This document shows, piece by piece, positions 6,261 through 8,074 of a stretch of DNA of 8,074 nucleotides. The stretch covers positions 1 to 8,074 of the forward strand of contig NJBF01000079.1 of NCBI GenBank assembly GCA_003144275.1, written 5' to 3'. The notes beneath the pieces were generated by a model, which did no database searches, was not told where the DNA came from, and saw only the letters and a list, made by a program, of their open reading frames with translations. Each line of letters starts with the position of its first letter. Position 1 is the stretch's first letter. Made by a program: the position numbers and the translations under genes. This DNA is from Candidatus Heimdallarchaeota archaeon B3_Heim. GTDB taxonomy: Archaea; Asgardarchaeota; Heimdallarchaeia; Hodarchaeales; Hodarchaeaceae.

Positions 6261-6731
6261 TCACTCAATCATTAAATAACTTTGATTTCGAATAAAGAGA
6301 GTTAGGAGCCCTTTTTTTCTAGCTAGTCGCTTCAATTGCCTGTCATTTGTGGCGATCATCCCGTTATGTCTTTCCCCATACTCTAAAAGTATAAAATCGA
6401 TATTTTTGTGATCATAATCTGATTGCCAAATCGTGCAATATTTTTCTACGTAGGTGAGGGCAATCTGAGCTTCTTTTTCCACCTTTATTTTTCCGCTCTG
6501 ACGTAGTTTAGTCAGTTCATTGAGAATAGGTCTCAAGACAATTAATTTTCGTTTACCTGGTAGAACACGATCGAGTTCATAGGTCAAATTAAAACTTGTC
6601 ATTTGGCCAATGGCCATTAAAAAATTAGTGTCAAGAAAAATAATTCTTCCAGTATCTTCAATAGACGAGATTATTACCCAGTCCGTTGTTCTTTTCCGCC
6701 TGTGATCGTTCCCCAGCCTATCAAACGCCAT
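6261..6731 (-). CDS. PIN-domain ribonuclease, Fcf1/Utp24-like archaeal family (start codon uncertain)
   Basis: IFLDTNFL, ILNELTKL, NIDFIL and IATNDRQLKRLA retain all four PIN acidic residues. The position directly after aIF2-gamma is the conserved archaeal arrangement. Confidence 0.93.
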   Translation of the reverse strand: MAFDRLGNDHRRKRTTDWVIISSIEDTGRIIFLDTNFLMAIGQMTSFNLTYELDRVLPGKRKLIVLRPILNELTKLRQSGKIKVEKEAQIALTYVEKYCTIWQSDYDHKNIDFILLEYGERHNGMIATNDRQLKRLARKKGLLTLFIRNQSYLMIE

Positions 6732-8074
6732 CTTCTGTCTATTTGGCGACTAATTGCGATTCTTATACCAATTTCAGCACATACAGGTAATCGTAAGCTC
6801 ACAGCAACATTCCCTTTTGCAGCCATTACCACTTTTCCAACAGTTTTGGCTGTTCCAACACTTAACATCAGATTTTCATGCATCTCTATATTTTGAACCG
6901 TGCTTTGAGATTCGCTTCCAACTACGCGCTCCATCAAATGTGATTCAAATTCTAAAGTATCCCAACTAGGAGGTAAAGAATCAGAATATCCGACAACATT
7001 TCCTACTAACATATCACTTTTTGTTAGAGCAGAATCTAAATTTGTACCAATTCCTATCAATCCCCCTGGATGTGCGGTATCTAATTCCCCAAATCCAGAA
7101 CGTAGGCTCACAATTTTTGTATTTAAGAATTTATATTTGTTCCCTCTCCTAACTCCAGGTCGTATTTGGATATCGTCTCCTACAGAAAATTTCCCCTGTA
7201 TAATACTACCTCCAACAACACCGCCTTGAAGTTTCCCAGGAGATTGACCAGGTTTATTCACATCGAATGATCTGGCTATAAGCATTTGTGGTGGAATATC
7301 TGCATCTCGGGGAGGTGTCGGAAGATTTTCTTCAATGTTCTGTATCAATAAATCAATATTAGAGTGATGTATTGCACTAATAGGGATAACTGGTGATTTT
7401 TTAGCAGATGTGGTCGAAATGAATTTTTTTAAGTCTTTAAAGTTCGTAACAGCTTCTTTTTCGGTAACTAATTCAATTTTATTCTGGCAAACAATAACTT
7501 TTTCCATTCCTATTATGTCCATGGCAGCTAAATGTTCACGAGTTTGAGGCATAGGCACTCGTTCGTTTGCAGCTACCACTAAGATAGCTCCATCCATAAT
7601 ACTTGCCCCAGAAAGCATTGTTGCCATTAACACTTCGTGACCTGGTGCGTCTACGAAAGCTACACGCCTTAGTAAGACAGTTTCCTTCCCACAATTGGCA
7701 CAGACTTTTTTTGTTGTATATTTTGTTGGTGCTTCACACTTTACACATTCACGAAATTCTGTTTCCGCATACCCAAGTCGAATAGAAATTCCTCTTCGAA
7801 TTTCTTCACTATGAGTATCTGGAAATTTTCCTGTAAGTGCTTGCGTTAAAGTTGATTTACCATGATCTACATGGCCAATCATACCCAAACTAATCTCTGC
7901 TTGATTTGGTATTTCATTAGTTTTCTTTGGCTTTGTAGATGTTTCTTTCGTTATCGCCGTTTTAGTTGTCTTTTTTGCCGCCGCTTTCTTTCCTTTTTTT
8001 GGTGTTGTCTTTGCTTCTTTTTTTGTCGTAGCTTTAGTTGTCTTTTTTGCCGCTGCTTTCTTTCCTTTCGTTTC
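6674..8074 (-). CDS. eif2g: Translation initiation factor aIF2 gamma subunit (5'-partial; frame open to the window edge)
   Basis: NQAEISLGMIGHVDHGKST (G1), EEIRRGISIRLGYA, CVKC...CANC zinc knuckle, DAPGHE (G3), NKIE (G4), SAI (G5), C-terminal RWRLIGWG. The frame has no stop from 8074 to 7889, so the track's TTG start at 7888 is internal. Confidence 0.98.
   Translation of the reverse strand, partial: ETKGKKAAAKKTTKATTKKEAKTTPKKGKKAAAKKTTKTAITKETSTKPKKTNEIPNQAEISLGMIGHVDHGKSTLTQALTGKFPDTHSEEIRRGISIRLGYAETEFRECVKCEAPTKYTTKKVCANCGKETVLLRRVAFVDAPGHEVLMATMLSGASIMDGAILVVAANERVPMPQTREHLAAMDIIGMEKVIVCQNKIELVTEKEAVTNFKDLKKFISTTSAKKSPVIPISAIHHSNIDLLIQNIEENLPTPPRDADIPPQMLIARSFDVNKPGQSPGKLQGGVVGGSIIQGKFSVGDDIQIRPGVRRGNKYKFLNTKIVSLRSGFGELDTAHPGGLIGIGTNLDSALTKSDMLVGNVVGYSDSLPPSWDTLEFESHLMERVVGSESQSTVQNIEMHENLMLSVGTAKTVGKVVMAAKGNVAVSLRLPVCAEIGIRIAISRQIDRRWRLIGWGTITGGKEQRTG
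7961..8068 (-). repeat. 36-nt coding direct repeat (two copies, 72-nt period) encoding KGKKAAAKKTTK
   Basis: 7961-7996 and 8033-8068 are identical at 35/36 nt (one synonymous GCA/GCG change). Confidence 0.95.

Noticed and set aside
6702-7785. Plus-strand ORFs 6702-6896, 6754-6969 and 7603-7785
   Set aside because: Short antisense shadows of aIF2-gamma.
7886-7888. Track start of aIF2-gamma at TTG 7888
   Set aside because: It would cut off the conserved Q-A-E-I-S strand preceding G1, and the frame stays open to the window edge.
7961-8068. 36-nt repeats as a CRISPR-like array
   Set aside because: Only two copies, in frame within the aIF2-gamma coding region, differing only at a synonymous position.

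Overview
AT-rich archaeal chromosomal segment with 10 translation, ribosome-biogenesis and membrane-insertion genes, one tRNA-Thr(UGU) and at least one unannotated guide RNA. An Asgard origin (possibly Heimdallarchaeia/Hodarchaeales) is inferred from the Mak16-like and EMC6/RAB5IF-like proteins. Gene order: wHTH protein (-), rpl44e (-), Sec11-type signal peptidase with a large C-terminal extension (+), GPN-loop GTPase (+), EMC6/RAB5IF-like 3-TM protein (-), AMMECR1 (+), ThiI-like THUMP protein with a destroyed PP-loop (-), box C/D sRNA (-), Mak16-like protein (-), tRNA-Thr (-), Fcf1/Utp24-like PIN nuclease (-), aIF2-gamma (-, 5'-truncated, with an H1-like Lys-rich N-terminal tail). The best finding is a dual-guide box C/D sRNA at 5406-5477. 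Its two 12-nt guides match 23S rRNA helices 69 and 71 and predict 2'-O-methylation at A1913 and G1945 (E. coli numbering), both methylated in eukaryotes. It sits directly downstream of a Mak16 homologue within a same-strand run of ribosome-maturation-type genes. No mobile element, CRISPR array or rRNA gene was seen. All family assignments come from motif recall, not from database searches.
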